A stretch of 63,562 nucleotides of DNA, the filler included, from Circinaria calcarea (taxonomy: Eukaryota): the NCBI GenBank assembly GCA_051942165.1. It is 16 parts of 16 records of this genome, joined end to end, with 100 filler letters (N's around TTAATTAATTAA, not from the genome) between each part and the next. Parts side by side here need not be neighbours in the genome. Positions count along the whole stretch, not along the records: positions 1 to 3,897 come from JAVECS010002565.1; positions 3,998 to 7,891 come from JAVECS010002566.1; positions 7,992 to 11,884 come from JAVECS010002567.1; positions 11,985 to 15,876 come from JAVECS010002568.1; 12 more parts are not named here. The stretch is one strand, 5' to 3'. The notes beneath the pieces were generated by a model. That model was not told the DNA's origin. It worked only from the letters and a program-made list of their open reading frames with translations, and did no database searches. A program made the position numbers and the translations under genes. Of this stretch, positions 1-13,006 are shown in pieces. Each line of letters begins with the position of its first letter. The stretch's first letter is position 1.

Positions 1-560
1 GGGCGGGGAAGTTATTTCGAAGTTTTTAATTTTTCCGGAGCGAAGTTTAGGGCTTCTATTCTAGAATTAGGCTTTCATGTAAGGGCTCTACCCGAGAACC
101 CCTACGAACCCTACGGGTGAACTATATACCGAGGTCACGAGGTATTGGCTTAGCGAGAAAGGTTTTCCTCGCGAAATGTTACACCAGAATTCTTTAGCAA
201 TAATTCATACGCTTACGCGAACCCATTGAGCTCATTATCACACAATTTACCGACCCTTATCATAAGATTATTATACTATTCGTAGAGGATCCTTACAGTT
301 CGTTTCGATTTAATAATAACTTTTGGCCTCCCAAAGCTTTATTTTAATTTATTATTTATATATATATATATTCGCGCGCTCGATAATCGTTTTATTTATA
401 TTTTCTAAAAGATTTAAGGTCCTCGCGATTTTCGCCGGTATCACGCCTGTAATTTACTATCTAATAATAATTCTTCTGGTATACGGAGTTAACTTCTTAC
501 GATGAATAATATTTTGGCGTAATTGGCCCTATAGGAGTACGTGGCATGGTGTAGTAATGA
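1..560. repeat. AT/TpA-rich degenerate repeat or transposon relic at the contig edge
   Basis: TpA-rich, no credible ORF, lies at a contig end; family not recognisable. Confidence 0.35.
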
Positions 561-1186
561 ATAGAAGAAGGTGGGTTGAAATTGAAGTTCATTTAATTCT
601 GTTCAAACTTTTGTCCAGGAACTATATCTACAAAGTTGGGGAAGTTCTGTGGGCTCTCGACTCGATTGTTTGGCGAAGATATCTAATCCGTCCATGTGGG
701 GAAGAGGATAGAATCTATAACAGCTGGTACTCGGCGTCGGCGACCCCGGTCGATTAATCTTCGGCCCACGTATGGTAGAGCTCAAGGCTTACCCCTTTTC
801 CCCTGGTCAGATATGGAAGGCTTCGGGTTTAAGGGGCCCCGGGAGAGTTTTATGGCTGCTGGGACAGAGGTACCGAAGGGGTACCCGAACGTTAGCCCGA
901 AAGCACTATTCCTTGTCTAAAGAACTTATTACTAGCCGTACTATATATATCTTTCCAATCCAATAAGCCACACGCATCTGAACATCTTTCCACCTTTTGC
1001 TATATAAACACCCTTAGCTACTCTGTGTACCCTTTTTACACTGCCGCTTAACGGACCCTAACCTCGCCATGGCGATTTATGGGGAAACTCTTAGGACCAA
1101 CTTACCCCTCTTGAGGAAAGTATCGATGCACACCCTATTACCGACAAAGACTGTTGTCGTCTGGAGTGACCCTCTCGTACCTCGCT

Positions 1187-3205
1187 TCAGGGCACGGCTG
1201 GTTCTGCCCTCAGAGCCCATCTGCCCTGCTTATAGTCGTCTTCTCCCGGCTCCTCGTATTCACTCCACCTTTCCTTCCTCAAACTAACCTTCATTCCATC
1301 ACCAGACTCCTTCATCTTCTCCACCTCATCAAAACGCTCATACCGTGCCCTTGTCTCATCCCGCAACCCAGACCACAAAAGCGGCAGCAATGATGATTTC
1401 CACGGCTTTCTCCCACCCTCCGCAGCTCCCGTTCTGGTATACCTGCGCGACTTAACCACGGTCGTCATGAGGAAGACTAGCGTCAAAAAAAGCAGCACTA
1501 CTGGTAAGGCAAGCCATGCCCATTCGACCCCGAGGCATGTCTGACTGCCGAGTACTGTCCCTCAAAAGGGTGCGCTGTTCGAAGGGTCCCCGCCTTCGCG
1601 TATAGCCGCAGTCATAGAGTTGGCGAGACCCTCCATGTATACGGCTGCATTTGTGAGATTGGCCTGCCCATCTGCGTAAAGGCTCAGCATCCAAGAATCT
1701 CCGATGATGTCGCCAGGGAGTCCCCGCGGTATGGTCACATTTTTCGGCTCTTTCAAAGTGCCAAAGAAAACCTTTGTAAAAGAGTCATCAAGTCCAGTGG
1801 TCGGGCCGTAGCCAAAGTCATAGGTACAGGATGGATGATACCACAATATATCAGAGCTATTCAGGGCCATACCGGAGAGATTGGCATAGCGTAGCCCGCT
1901 GGCAAGAAGGCTGGTGGGTTGAGTCTTGTTTTCTTGAAGGCTTTCAGATGGGGAACAGTTTATATCCTGAAGAGAAGGGTAGTCACCGGCCAGGGAATAG
2001 TATTGGATTCTAGGAACATAAGGAAGCATCATTGTTGATAGTATGTGTTCTTCGAAAATCGAGTTGGAGATGCGAACATTACCATACGTGTGGATGCATG
2101 GAGATAGAGAAGCGCGAATAGCCCAGGGCTTGAAGATACATTCATCTTTAGACTCAGGCCTTACCGCACTGCAATTCATAGTGATCATCAACGCTTGAAG
2201 CGTAAGTAATGACTTATCTTGATCTTCCCCCCGCGAACCGATTGCTGCAGTGGTCAACGCACTATTCCCTAGGAGCTGAAGACCTGAAGGTAGCGTGTAG
2301 TTCCATGTTTCGTAACTGGAGTCTCCAATATTGCCATGCCCAGAGATCAGATGAGAAATGTCCTAGATCGAGGAACATATTGCCAGTGAGGTATATGCGG
2401 TATTATTCGAATGCGGAAAGGTGCAATTTCCTGATTGGCAGTAAGTCGATATAAGAGTAGTCGCATTTAATGGCGGGGCTAGAAGACCTTGGTAGAGCGC
2501 GGTGGTCATTTTCCTATTTATACGAGGTTGGCCGGCTGCTAACGTGGGAGTGCCCGCTGTGTAGTTGTTGGTTCTTGCTACTATAGCTGAGCTGCCATCG
2601 ATTGGTTTCAAACAGCTGCTGAACTGTAAAACCTGCTGAGCAAATGGACCAATAGCAAGAGTCAGGATCGTAATAGACGCTCCAAAAGATGTTAAAATAT
2701 TAAGGGGACGTTTGAAAAGGAGCTTTAAAGCTTCCCAAGGACCTCTACTTGCCGAGTCGAAACGGTCAAAATCGCTTACGGGATGGGGATTCGCGAACCA
2801 TATCCATTTCAACTCACTCATACATTCTGCGATAGGAAACAGTAATGCGACCCTCATAACGGAGCTGAAAATAGCAACGAGCGAATTGATACCAATTAAA
2901 GACGGCCAGTTTGGTAGCGGCTTGTCCTTTCGAACAGCGAGAAGTATGACAATAGCTAGGAAAGCGATAACGGCGAGAAAAAAACTCGTGATTTCAGGTA
3001 GCCAGATTATGTTGATTATCGATTATGTGCAGCGACGCGTTGTTTTTCGAGAATTTCCTGAATTATCATTTTCTGAGAAGGCAGCAGCATCTCCCTGGCC
3101 GCCTAATAGAAGCTTGTGATTTGAGAGGTTCGGCGTTGGAAATGGTTTCCGGGGTATCAAAATAGTTGATGGTCGTGGACTGACTAAAGATTGCATCTCC
3201 TCCAT
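1187..3205 (-). pseudogene. DUF3176-family membrane protein pseudogene (one reading frame, three internal stops)
   Basis: ORFs 3023-3205, 2363-2857, 1562-2257 and 1187-1498 share one frame. Family motifs: WLPEI..., NSLVAIFSSVMRVALLFPIAECMSELKWIWF, DFDRFDSASRGPW, GPFAQQ, CQSGNCTF, V.WAWL.LP, WKSSLLPLL. Internal stops: TAA 3023-3025, TAG 2363-2365, TGA 1562-1564. Confidence 0.85.
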
Positions 3206-3897
3206 AATGAAATAGATAGCCCTGATAGCAAGTCAAATTTTATTCATTCAGCTCAAGTAATACTTGAGATGCTTTCATGGTGGGCCAGGCTGAGGTTAAG
3301 TAGAGTTACTCGGACTACTGTGACTCTTCACCCTTGCTCAGAACCCGTAGATCGCCGACGTGAGTTCCTGAAGTATCGATGATGCTGTGAGTTGCACTTT
3401 GCACATTCTGGCTGTGCCATCTTGAAATACCAATCAGATATATTTTGGATGCAGCCACAGCAGCGGTGGCGGCGGTGAGTGCGCCATGTTATGATTGCAA
3501 CATGCAGGAAAAGAAAGCGAGGAAGCAGCGCTAATTAAGCGCGCTTCTCAGCTCCCATATCGCAGCGATGCCTCGAGTCTTTCTCCATTATAGCAATCAC
3601 ACATTACACACACTACACAGCAGCAGCATACCCATAGTAATTCATAGCAGTATTTCATAGCACTTACCAGTATATATTTCACGGCTCAAACGTACATAGC
3701 ACTGAAGCCCTAGTGCCCTCCCACACGCGGGTGGAAAAATAAATCCGAGAAAGATTAGGAAAAACGAGAAACGAGAAAAAGTATTGAACCCCCCCCCCGC
3801 CCCCCCCCGGCCTCATTCGATTAGAAATATCAATAGATAGAGCCTAAGTGTACGGAGGAGCTCAGAGTAGCTTATTTAGATAGATAGGGTAATAAAT

Positions 3898-3997
3898 NNN
3901 NNNNNNNNNNNNNNNNNNNNNNNNNNNNNNNNNNNNNNNNNTTAATTAATTAANNNNNNNNNNNNNNNNNNNNNNNNNNNNNNNNNNNNNNNNNNNN
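3898..3997. other. Artificial contig-joining spacer, first of 15. The others start at 7892, 11885, 15877, 19864, 23843, 27821, 31797, 35773, 39746, 43718, 47690, 51659, 55628 and 59596.
   Basis: 44 N + TTAATTAATTAA (stops in all six frames) + 44 N. Flanking contig lengths never increase (3897 down to 3867) and genes are cut at the spacers. Confidence 0.99.
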
Positions 3998-6900
3998 CTT
4001 AATTCTGCAATAGCAATGTTAATGGCTTCTCCAACATGATGTTGGCCCAATCGTACATGTATGCAGGTCGAACCTTTATGTAAGATTAACAAGGTCTGTA
4101 CATTGTGTGGGCGACGGTCCCTGCAACGAGTATCCGACTCATGGCCGGCCCAATGATGGATATGATAGCCTCAATCATCCGTAGCAATGTCTGGTGTATA
4201 TCTGCAAGTCGGCTATATGCATAGAGAGAGGTCGCTAGACCAGAATATCGGCATTACCCTGGATCTAGGTCTTGGCCAGGCACATAACACGTACCTTGTG
4301 GGTACATTTCAAGGGCTGCTCTCCACAGAACAGGCGCTTGTGAGGTGTACAGTATCAGAACTTGAAGGGCTGTAGGTAAAGGAAATGATGATCGGTACCG
4401 TTACCCACTACTCAGCGCAGGCAAAATTAATCCATCCCCAATTTCCCAAGTCATGCCGATTGATAGGTACTGGGCCTGCAGCACTTTAATGTGCTTGCTC
4501 TCAGTGACAGCTGAACTTTCCGCACTTCGTTCTACTCCGCCAACGGTGGCAGTTATGGCGCGGAACGAGCTCCTCCATCGTAAGAGTCACGAGCCGTCAT
4601 GGTATGCGTACATGGTGCCAATCACCTCAGTCTTGAAAGCCAGGCATAATCGATCTGGTAAGCAGGCTTTTTCGGGCAGCCGTTGTGTACTCTATATCCG
4701 GAATCACTAAGCTTTGTAAACGGATGGTTTCCCATGTTACTGTCCATGCGCATGAAGGCTCGCCAATTAGGTCCTAGTCCACGCTCTGTCCTCTTCTCCA
4801 AAGGCCTCTTCCCGCAAAGCTCTTTGGGATATCCTCTCCCTCAAACTGTAGCAATGAGGTTTAGAAAAGTGTTTGGAGTTGGTGTAATTGAATGATTTGC
4901 TGAACGGAAACCTGCTCCTCTTGTGGCAATTAGATATCCTCTCTGGTGTTCTTTTCTAGATTAAGTATGTCTTCCAAATGGAAACTAACCACGTGATAGA
5001 TCTTTTAATTTGTCGGGGTATCCCATGGATTGCTGCTGGGCATTTATATCTGCATCTCTGTGCTCAACCTCGGAGCTCTAGGATGCCCGTACCTGACCTT
5101 TGGAGTAGCTGAAAGGCAAATTAGACACAGCTAAAGTCTTTTCCAGTACTGATAGGAAGGTTAGAACAGTTCCGACGTTAGAATGTACCAGTGAACACCG
5201 TGTGCGTTCAGCCAGTTGCCAAAACCTGAGAAATTCGCTCTCGGTCTACCTGTACTGCAGTGGGTTGAATAGACCATGGAAAGGACAACAGGCACCAGAA
5301 ACGCTGGGCCGAGCAGTATGTCATGCGCTATCATGTTAGGTTTGCGTGAAGGTAGTCCTAGACCGGAGGTAGCTGTAAGAAAGGTGTAGAAATTGCAGGC
5401 CTATTCGGCCTTCCACAAGTCGTCGGAAGATATAAGACTTAATAGTCGCTAATTAAACGTGATTAGGAAGTGAAAGGAGCCGACTACCGTTTCTCACATG
5501 AGATGTAGATACATTATTGTCCGAACATGAGGTACTATTCCCTCGAATCCGACCTCAGACAGATCGTGAATTCTCAACCTGAGTCGAGCTGTGCGAGCTC
5601 ATAGAGACATTTCATCCGCGATGTTTGCACTCGAGGAGATACTCACTTGAAGAGCCACGCCTGTTACCAAGTCTAGAGACTTTCTCCGAATTCCGGGAAG
5701 CCTCTGTTATGAAGGAAGAGCTGTAAATTGTCGTGCCCGATGTTGAGCTGCGTTGAAGAGGTCTGGGAGGTAGTTGTAGAGAATAAAGAGAATCTCTTGA
5801 GGGCGTATGTAGATACAAACCGGGGGATAATTCCTGCCAGACGATTATCCGTGATGTATTGTCTTAAGATAATTAACGACGGCCCTTCTCAACGGTGATG
5901 ATGGCTGAAGGATTCCTTTAATCGTATGTTCCGCTGTGCTGTTAGGCATAACCAGCCTCAGTAAGGGCAACTGGTCTCGGTGGTAGGCATAAACAATCCG
6001 GGCTGGCCACGCGGATGTCGACTGTATTTTCTGTAGCAAAGTACGCTATTGGATTGTATCGTAGTCTGGCTGGTACTTCTATGATTCTTTGCTTTTAGCT
6101 AGTGGTCTAGTGGAGTGATGAGAGTAGTCCAAAAGCCTGTCTCTTCAACGTTGTAAAGGTGGTACTCGCTCCCTCGTACGACCGACTGAGTAGCGCTGCT
6201 GGTTTAGAAGTAGAACCAACGTCTATTATATCTAATTCATCTGACCTACAAATCACTCTGACCTCGTAGCATTACTTGCTGCTTGTTCATACTTAAGTGT
6301 TGGACATCTTTAGCTTTCTAGCTCGAAAGAACTGTTCGGCCTGAAATTCCTCTCGTGGTTGCTCTCGCAGCAGCAGAGATACAGCAAATGCGAAATAGGT
6401 GTTACGTGCTCGAGAATCATGAGCAGGTGACCCTTTGGATTGAGTATGTAGCTGTAGACAGATTATCAATCGAGACTATGATGAGATAGGTTGAATAGTT
6501 TCCTCTCATGATACGATCTCGTAAGCGGCCGGAAGCCAGTACAGTCAAGCGATAAGGTAAAATAAGTTGCAGGAGGTCATGTTATAACCATCGAGATAAA
6601 GGCTTGAGAAAGCTGATTGCGGCTGAACCTTACGAGTCGTGATTATGCGGCAAAGGTAGGCCGAGTCCCATCGGCTATAGATCTATCAGCTCACGGAGCA
6701 AGGCCCCTCTCCCACACGACCGCAACGTATGCAGCGCACCTAATCAACCTATAACAATTTGAGGACCCAGCTATTCCACGCTAGTCTATGATCTTCTTTC
6801 TGAACGGCCTCCCATTCGTGTAGCTCCATTTTGCTCGTGGAGGTCAGCATTACTCGCTAAATTGAACATGTTCTCTATTGCTTTTTCCTGCACCTCCCTA

Positions 6901-8595
6901 TGCAGTTCTTGTTGTCCATCATATATGGCTCAAGGAGGGGGAATAACACTCTGAGAGGTGGCACCATATTTATCAGGTTATTGGGGGGGGGATATCATTG
7001 CCAGGTTCTCGCTGCCCGTTCAGCGATGATGAACCGTCCTTCCCTACCGTAAGACTGCCTTCTCCGGTAACAATGTCCATCGTCATATAAACGTTGATTA
7101 TAGTTGATAATTCCCTCTATTAACTGAGGCTATCATCAGCAGTAGTATATAGTATTACCAACATTAGTGTCTGATTAGGAGAGCAAGGGAAAGAAAAGCA
7201 GATAAAGTCTGAAAGGGGCTAGTCCAGCCAGGAGAATCGAGGGATGATGATTGATCAAGGCAGCATGGCGGCAGGTAATGAAAGGAAATCGTTTTCTATC
7301 TTATTTACTCAGAAGTGCTTCCGAACCTTTAAATCCCGGAAGGTGCAAGCAGCATGCTTCGATAGGGAAGATGAGTTGAGGTTGTGTCAGTCTCACCGAA
7401 AGACAGTCGTTTGCTGCTCGTTCCATGTCGGTTTTCCATAACATGTGCTATGTACATTGAGCAACTGATCGGGCGCTGGTCCTTTGGCGGCAGAAGTGTG
7501 GAAAGTCGATACAGTCTGGTGATAGCAATTCGTAATGTAGGCTTCGTTGACTCTGTGCTCTGGTTTGCTGTCGCATATGTAACGGATATGGATATTCAGA
7601 GGCTACCTACCTAGCGCAAGTCTGAAGCGTCTATCTTGTGGATTAAACGTCATCGTGTTGGCCGGGGTAGTAGCATGCATCGTATCCTCTTCGGTAGCCC
7701 CGGGAAGCTTCCGCGGGTACTGGATTACTAATCGACAGTGCTAGAGCTTGCGTTGGGCCTCCATCTCGCTGAGGGTATCATGTCGGCCAAGGTTCGGATG
7801 CTTCCGGTCTCATGGCACGAGTTGTGATCGACGACGCTATTCTATGAATACCCGTCATGAGCACATGCCTTACCCGGCAGTGCGTTCCACANNNNNNNNN
7901 NNNNNNNNNNNNNNNNNNNNNNNNNNNNNNNNNNNTTAATTAATTAANNNNNNNNNNNNNNNNNNNNNNNNNNNNNNNNNNNNNNNNNNNNGGTGATGGT
8001 TGTCATTGTTCCTTTTTGAGAGGGGTTGCGAGGTTAGATGGGAGAAATAGGAGGAGGAGAGTGATGCGGGGCTAGGATTGGGTATGGGTGAGATAATTTT
8101 CCAAAGGTCGTGATGGGTCGGTTGCTGAAAAAAAGGCCTGGGACGAATATAGGGCTGTAGGGCTAGAATAAAGGCTTGCTCTGGTTAGAGCTTTGATGAG
8201 ATTGCTAACCCTAATCCTCCCTCGACACCTCGATGATGGTGTATAACGGCAGACTTTTACCGAAACACCTGCGTTGTTGATATTCTAGACACAATCGGTT
8301 ACTTTGACATTGTCTCTCTCCCTCCCCCAGGCTTGCGTCAACGTTGTTTGTAGTAAAATCCAGAGAGGACTCTGATCCAACAATCTGCACTGCCGCATAT
8401 CACGTTTTGGCAAGGACCTGGACCTTGCACCTCTTTTCTGAGATTCATCATCTCAAGCGAGATCCTGGACGTTTTATATCTTTCTTTTGAATCCTCGACA
8501 TTCTCTCATCTGCTGCTGGTTTGGTCGTGGAAAGAACAAAACATTGCAGTGCCATTCAACAAACCATTGTATTCGTTGTATCTACATACACTACC

Positions 8596-9309
8596 ATGAC
8601 TACGTCAAGTCCTCCACTCGCGAGTCAAATTTGTGCTCAGCTCAAATCTACAAAGTCCCTAGTCCCGTCCCGACACTGGCTTAATACCTTCATCGCTAAC
8701 CAACGGCCCACAACCCCTCTAAATGCTCTCGTCCAGACCGCATCGTTCCGTCTTCTGAATTCTGATATCACGACATGCCTTGACCCGACTCCTGTGGCAT
8801 GCTTTCCCCTAGATATTCAGAATGCGGATATCCAAGAGAGACGTGTTCCCGGACCAATGGTCGCCCAGGTTCTGAATGTGGAAGACATGAGCAAAAGTCG
8901 CTGGCAACAGATTGAAGCGATCGAGGCCCTAGAACGAGGGGAAGGTACCAAGGGAAGAGAGATCGTTCGTGTTGTCCCTACCGAAGACGGAGACGATCCA
9001 AGTCAGGTATCTAACATGAGTGGAGGACCTCACAAGCTGCTATTGCAAGATAGCAGAGGCGCCAGAGCATATGGCATCGAACTAAGGAACGTTGCAGGGA
9101 TATCGCTTAGTATGAGCATTGGCAGTAAGATTAGTTTGAAGAATGTGGTGGTAGCCAGAGGCGTTGTTCTGCTGGAACCAGCAACGACGTCTTTGCTCGG
9201 TGGCAAGATCGACGCTCTACACAAAAATTGGAAAGAGAATCGAAAGGCTGATCTGAGAGCCGCCATCGAGACTGGAGAACAAGATTCCCGTCAAGCCGCG
9301 AGAAGCTAA
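8596..9309 (+). CDS. RMI1: RecQ-mediated genome instability protein 1 (RMI1 N-terminal helical + OB fold)
   Basis: ATG at 8596 within ORF 8521-9309. Motifs: FRLLNSDI, GPMVAQVLNVEDMSKSRWQQIEAIE, GPHKLLLQD, SIGSKISL..VVVARGVVLLEP. Confidence 0.88.
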   Translation: MTTSSPPLASQICAQLKSTKSLVPSRHWLNTFIANQRPTTPLNALVQTASFRLLNSDITTCLDPTPVACFPLDIQNADIQERRVPGPMVAQVLNVEDMSKSRWQQIEAIEALERGEGTKGREIVRVVPTEDGDDPSQVSNMSGGPHKLLLQDSRGARAYGIELRNVAGISLSMSIGSKISLKNVVVARGVVLLEPATTSLLGGKIDALHKNWKENRKADLRAAIETGEQDSRQAARS

Positions 9310-9317
9310 GCATCCAC

Positions 9318-10734
9318 CTATGAGCTGCGGGAGCCTGGGAAGGTCCAGACGCACAGTCTCTTGTCATAGAAACTGGTGGATACAACAGTGGTGGTTTGGC
9401 CGTGATTATGAGAAATGTCAGTTAGCCTGATGGCATCACTTGCATAATTCATACTCTCGTGTTCCTCGAACCTCGCCAGAACTCCAATAGTCCATTGCCT
9501 GTCTGAGTGCCAACAGACTTCCAGGATCCTCGAACCTGCATGCATGCAGCTGGCTAGGACTTTGAACCGCGTCTGCACATTCGCATAAGAATCATCGGAT
9601 TCTCTACCTAGTAACTTCAGTCTCCATACTCCCCCACCAAGGCGTTGCTCTGCCGCAACTTTCCATTTCTGGTTCGGTCTGGGCACTAGGACTCTTATGT
9701 ACTCGTCATAGCTACCAGTCAAAACGATCTCAGAATATGCTTCACTAAGATGTTGAACTGGCAAAATCGCAGTAACACCGGCCCCATGGATCTTGGAATC
9801 ATAGCTCAAGGCTTCCATGGATGTGTCTGATGATAACTTGATATTATCCTCGTTTTCTGTTTCCGCCCTTTCTGCAACAACGCTTGGGCTTGCATACAAA
9901 ACACCAGCTCGAGAATTGTGCCGCATAGCTTCAGGCACAAGAGCAGGCATATCAGTCGGCACCGTGCACAGCCTTGAATCATCTCCGCCAGAATATAATG
10001 TTGAACCATGTAACTTAATATCAGATGACCACGCAACGGTCCAGGCTTCTAATGAGTGCGCTCTGAAGTAATGAACAGGACTGAGAAGGGAAGCATAATT
10101 GAGAATTGCAACCCTACCGTCAGCCAACGATACAGCCAAGATTGAGGTCAATAACGGAGAAGGATGCCATGCTAGCGATAGTATTAATATCGACGTGGGG
10201 AAGGCCTGCGCTGTTTGCAACAGTTCAATCCGAGGATTTTCTGTAAGACTCAAGGCATAGACTTCGATAGCACCTGTACTGGTGGCAACTGCAAATATGT
10301 CTGGTTTATGAGGAGAAAAGTGTAGATCTAGGACTGCGGAGCAAGTGTGGCACGTTTGCAATGAATGTCTGTAAGCAGCACAGAGATTAGAGACTTGAAT
10401 GCCCTGCTCCAACTTTTCGAGCTCTTTAAAAATTAATCCCCCGGTTGTGAAGGATTAGATTAGCATACGATTTGTCTTTTTCCAGGCGGAAAAGGATTAC
10501 GCTTCCGGTCCTTGACTGCACAGCCGGAATAAAGCCCTCTCCCTCGGCAGCGGATATGGTAGTTCCATCACTTGATGCGTCTATATCAAGGCTATAGGTG
10601 CCCACCACGAACAAATCGGGTGCGAGCGGAGAAAACTCTATACAGCTTGGCGGTGATTCCAGAATGGTGTGGGTAATGGAACTGATAACGCGGGCGGATT
10701 GAAGGTCTCGTGCAACATCCAATGAACCAGACAT
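9318..10734 (-). CDS. DPH7: Diphthine methylesterase, WD40 (DPH7/RRT2); intron 10369-10468
   Basis: Motifs: PPSCIEFSP..PDLFVVGTY, HSLEAW, LYSGGDDS, HGAGVTAILP, LTGSYDEYIR, LGGGVWRLK, LASCMHAG, HESMNY, STSFYDKRLCVW. A GTATGC...TACAG intron joins the two ORFs in frame. Confidence 0.92.
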
Positions 10735-10859
10735 GATGATTTACAAATTTCCACATCGATTCGAGCTTTGTGAATTCCGTAATGGAGTCCTTCTCTAGAA
10801 CCACCTCATAGCTCGGTTTAATATACAGCTCCACAGTAGCTATTCTACATAGTAGCACT

Positions 10860-11490
10860 AAGAGATACCTAAGCGATATCGCATCCGGTTAGATACCGCA
10901 ACATGTTTACCTCCCCCCCTATTTTCAATAATTTTTTAATTACAGAATCACAGGAGCCAATTGGCGCTGTCAAAAAATGGAATATATTATAAATTAAAAT
11001 TGGAAATATAGGGAATTTCATACCCCCGGAAATTTGGAAATATGCAATTTTTGACCCCAACTCCCAAATTTCAAAGGGGTACCCCGAAGACTACCACTAT
11101 TATCAGGGGGGGGTATTAGCCTAAGAACCCAGCGCCGAGGTTAATAGATTAAATTTATTATTACGGTTTTCAGTGGGTCGCTGTTCGCTGTCACACCGTA
11201 TCGGCTGTCGTATACATCGTATTGCCATTATCTTGTATATCGCAATACCACTGGCGGTAGTAACCTCTGCGATCTCTCTACGATAATGGGTCTTTGCGGC
11301 AGTGACCTTAATAATAGCCACATTCACTAACAGAAGATCGATCACTAAAAACATAGGGGTGAGGTCAAAATTGCAATTTTCCGTTTTTTTCTTTGGTTAA
11401 TTTATAAACCTCCTCGACCGGTTTAATTTATCGGCCAAACGAAAGCCCCTCTGGCCTGAATACTTTCAATTCGCAAATTTCAGGCCAAGG
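10860..11490. repeat. AT-rich non-coding segment, probable degenerate transposon relic
   Basis: Abrupt composition change upstream of DPH7, with poly-A/T and poly-C/G tracts and no credible ORF. No TIR or TSD found. Confidence 0.35.
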
Positions 11491-11726
11491 CAACTGTCAC
11501 AGGTTTGATTTATGACTATGGAGGTTGGTTGGCTTCTATATACCGGGCGTACCAGCCACCAGAATTATGACCCCAGCCACCATATGGTACAGATTTCAGT
11601 ACAAGACATGTCGTATTCCTGACAGCAACATCTATCCGAACCCCGAATCGAATATCGCGGGCATAGATTAACCCGCAGCAAACGCTTCATGCCCAAGGAT
11701 TCGGTTGGAAAAACCTATCCGTCCGT

Positions 11727-11884
11727 CTAGAAAAGCGGATGGGAATTGGAAGAGTTCACCGGCAGAGCCTGAATGACATCCCAATGCTCCACAATACACG
11801 TGCCATCCATGCGATAGTAATCCGACACCGCCAGCTCCGTCGTCGTCGGGCTGGTCACGCGGGTATGCACGTTCCCGACACCGG
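11727..11884 (-). CDS. SnoaL/NTF2-like protein, C-terminal fragment (5' truncated)
   Basis: Manual translation GVGNVHTRVTSPTTTELAVSDYYRMDGTCIVEHWDVIQALPVNSSNSHPLF*. The D.YR.DG..IVEHWDV.Q..P ending is typical of this family. Absent from the ORF track. Confidence 0.8.
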
Positions 11885-12754
11885 NNNNNNNNNNNNNNNN
11901 NNNNNNNNNNNNNNNNNNNNNNNNNNNNTTAATTAATTAANNNNNNNNNNNNNNNNNNNNNNNNNNNNNNNNNNNNNNNNNNNNCACGTCCGGTTTCCAG
12001 CAACTCCAGAACGAAAGATTGAACCATCTCTGCCATCTCCTCCCTTTGCCCCTTTCGACCAACCCTTGGCTCTAAATCGCTGGGGAAGGCTCAACTGTTC
12101 TCCTTACTCACGAATTTAGAAGGCTGGTTTCGACGGATCTAATCCTTTGACCTTTCGGCCAAGGGGCGGAGCGTAGGACTAGGTATTGGCCCCAAAGAAA
12201 CCTCGTCTGCAGCTTTAGCCACCCCATCGCTGTTTCATTTCGATGCTGTGATATTGGGCAACCTTGGGTTTTTGGGGTTTTTGGGGTCTTTACTGCTCGG
12301 ACGTGATCGAATCGATAGGCTCTAACCGACTTGGAGGACTGCCTTTTGGAAATGGTAACAAAGCGGATTTTCACTACTCATTTTTCTTCTCGGGAATCCA
12401 TCTTTGTGCGATTCACTTGTCTGGAGACAATGGCTTTGTATAAACCTCGCTTTCTTGTTCTTTCTTTCCCTTGATATGTCTACATGGTCTTTATGTCCTT
12501 ACAATGTCATTCACCCCTTTATCCCCCCCCCCAATCCCATTCCTTTCCCTCGCCATAAAACCCCCAATCCAATCCTCTCTCTTACATTTAATTCCCATCA
12601 AGCAATTCAATCACCATCACCATCCCCAAACAGCCAGCCCCAAAAAAGTCCCCTCGAAACCAAATCTTCTTCCTACCCAAGAAAAACAGAAAACCCCTCA
12701 TACACACATACCCCCATCACACTCTACAAAGCCCCCAATCCCCAATCACAAAAA

Positions 12755-13006
12755 ATGTGCCACCAAATCTCTTCCTACTGGGCTTGCGGCTGCCTCATCC
12801 ACAAGTCCGGCGTGCAATTTTGCGGCGACAACCGACCGCACGGCATCGCCGGCATCAACGAATCCGAGCGGGAGATGTGCCCCCGGCACCGCGCTCCCTC
12901 GGGTTCCAGCCGCAGTGGCGGGTATGCACCCTTGTATGCCAGTCACTACACCAGCGCCGAGGAGAGGGGAAGACGGAGCGGTGGGGGGAGCTCGAGGAGG
13001 AGATAA
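12755..13006 (+). CDS. Small Cys/His-rich protein (83 aa), putative zinc-binding
   Basis: ATG in a CAAAAAATG context after a C/A-rich leader. Sequence MCHQISSYWACGC...FC...MCPRH. GC-rich coding-like island in low-complexity flanks. Confidence 0.65.
   Translation: MCHQISSYWACGCLIHKSGVQFCGDNRPHGIAGINESEREMCPRHRAPSGSSRSGGYAPLYASHYTSAEERGRRSGGGSSRRR

Noticed and set aside
3998..7891. Contig 2 as a long decayed minus-strand gene (~7080 to 4000)
   Set aside because: Some coding-like stretches and intron-like signals exist, but stops are frequent, I could not hold a consistent frame and no family is recognisable. It needs a translated search.
10856..11500. CACTA at 10856 and TGTCACA at ~11495 as transposon or LTR termini
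   Set aside because: No matching opposite terminus or target-site duplication was found.
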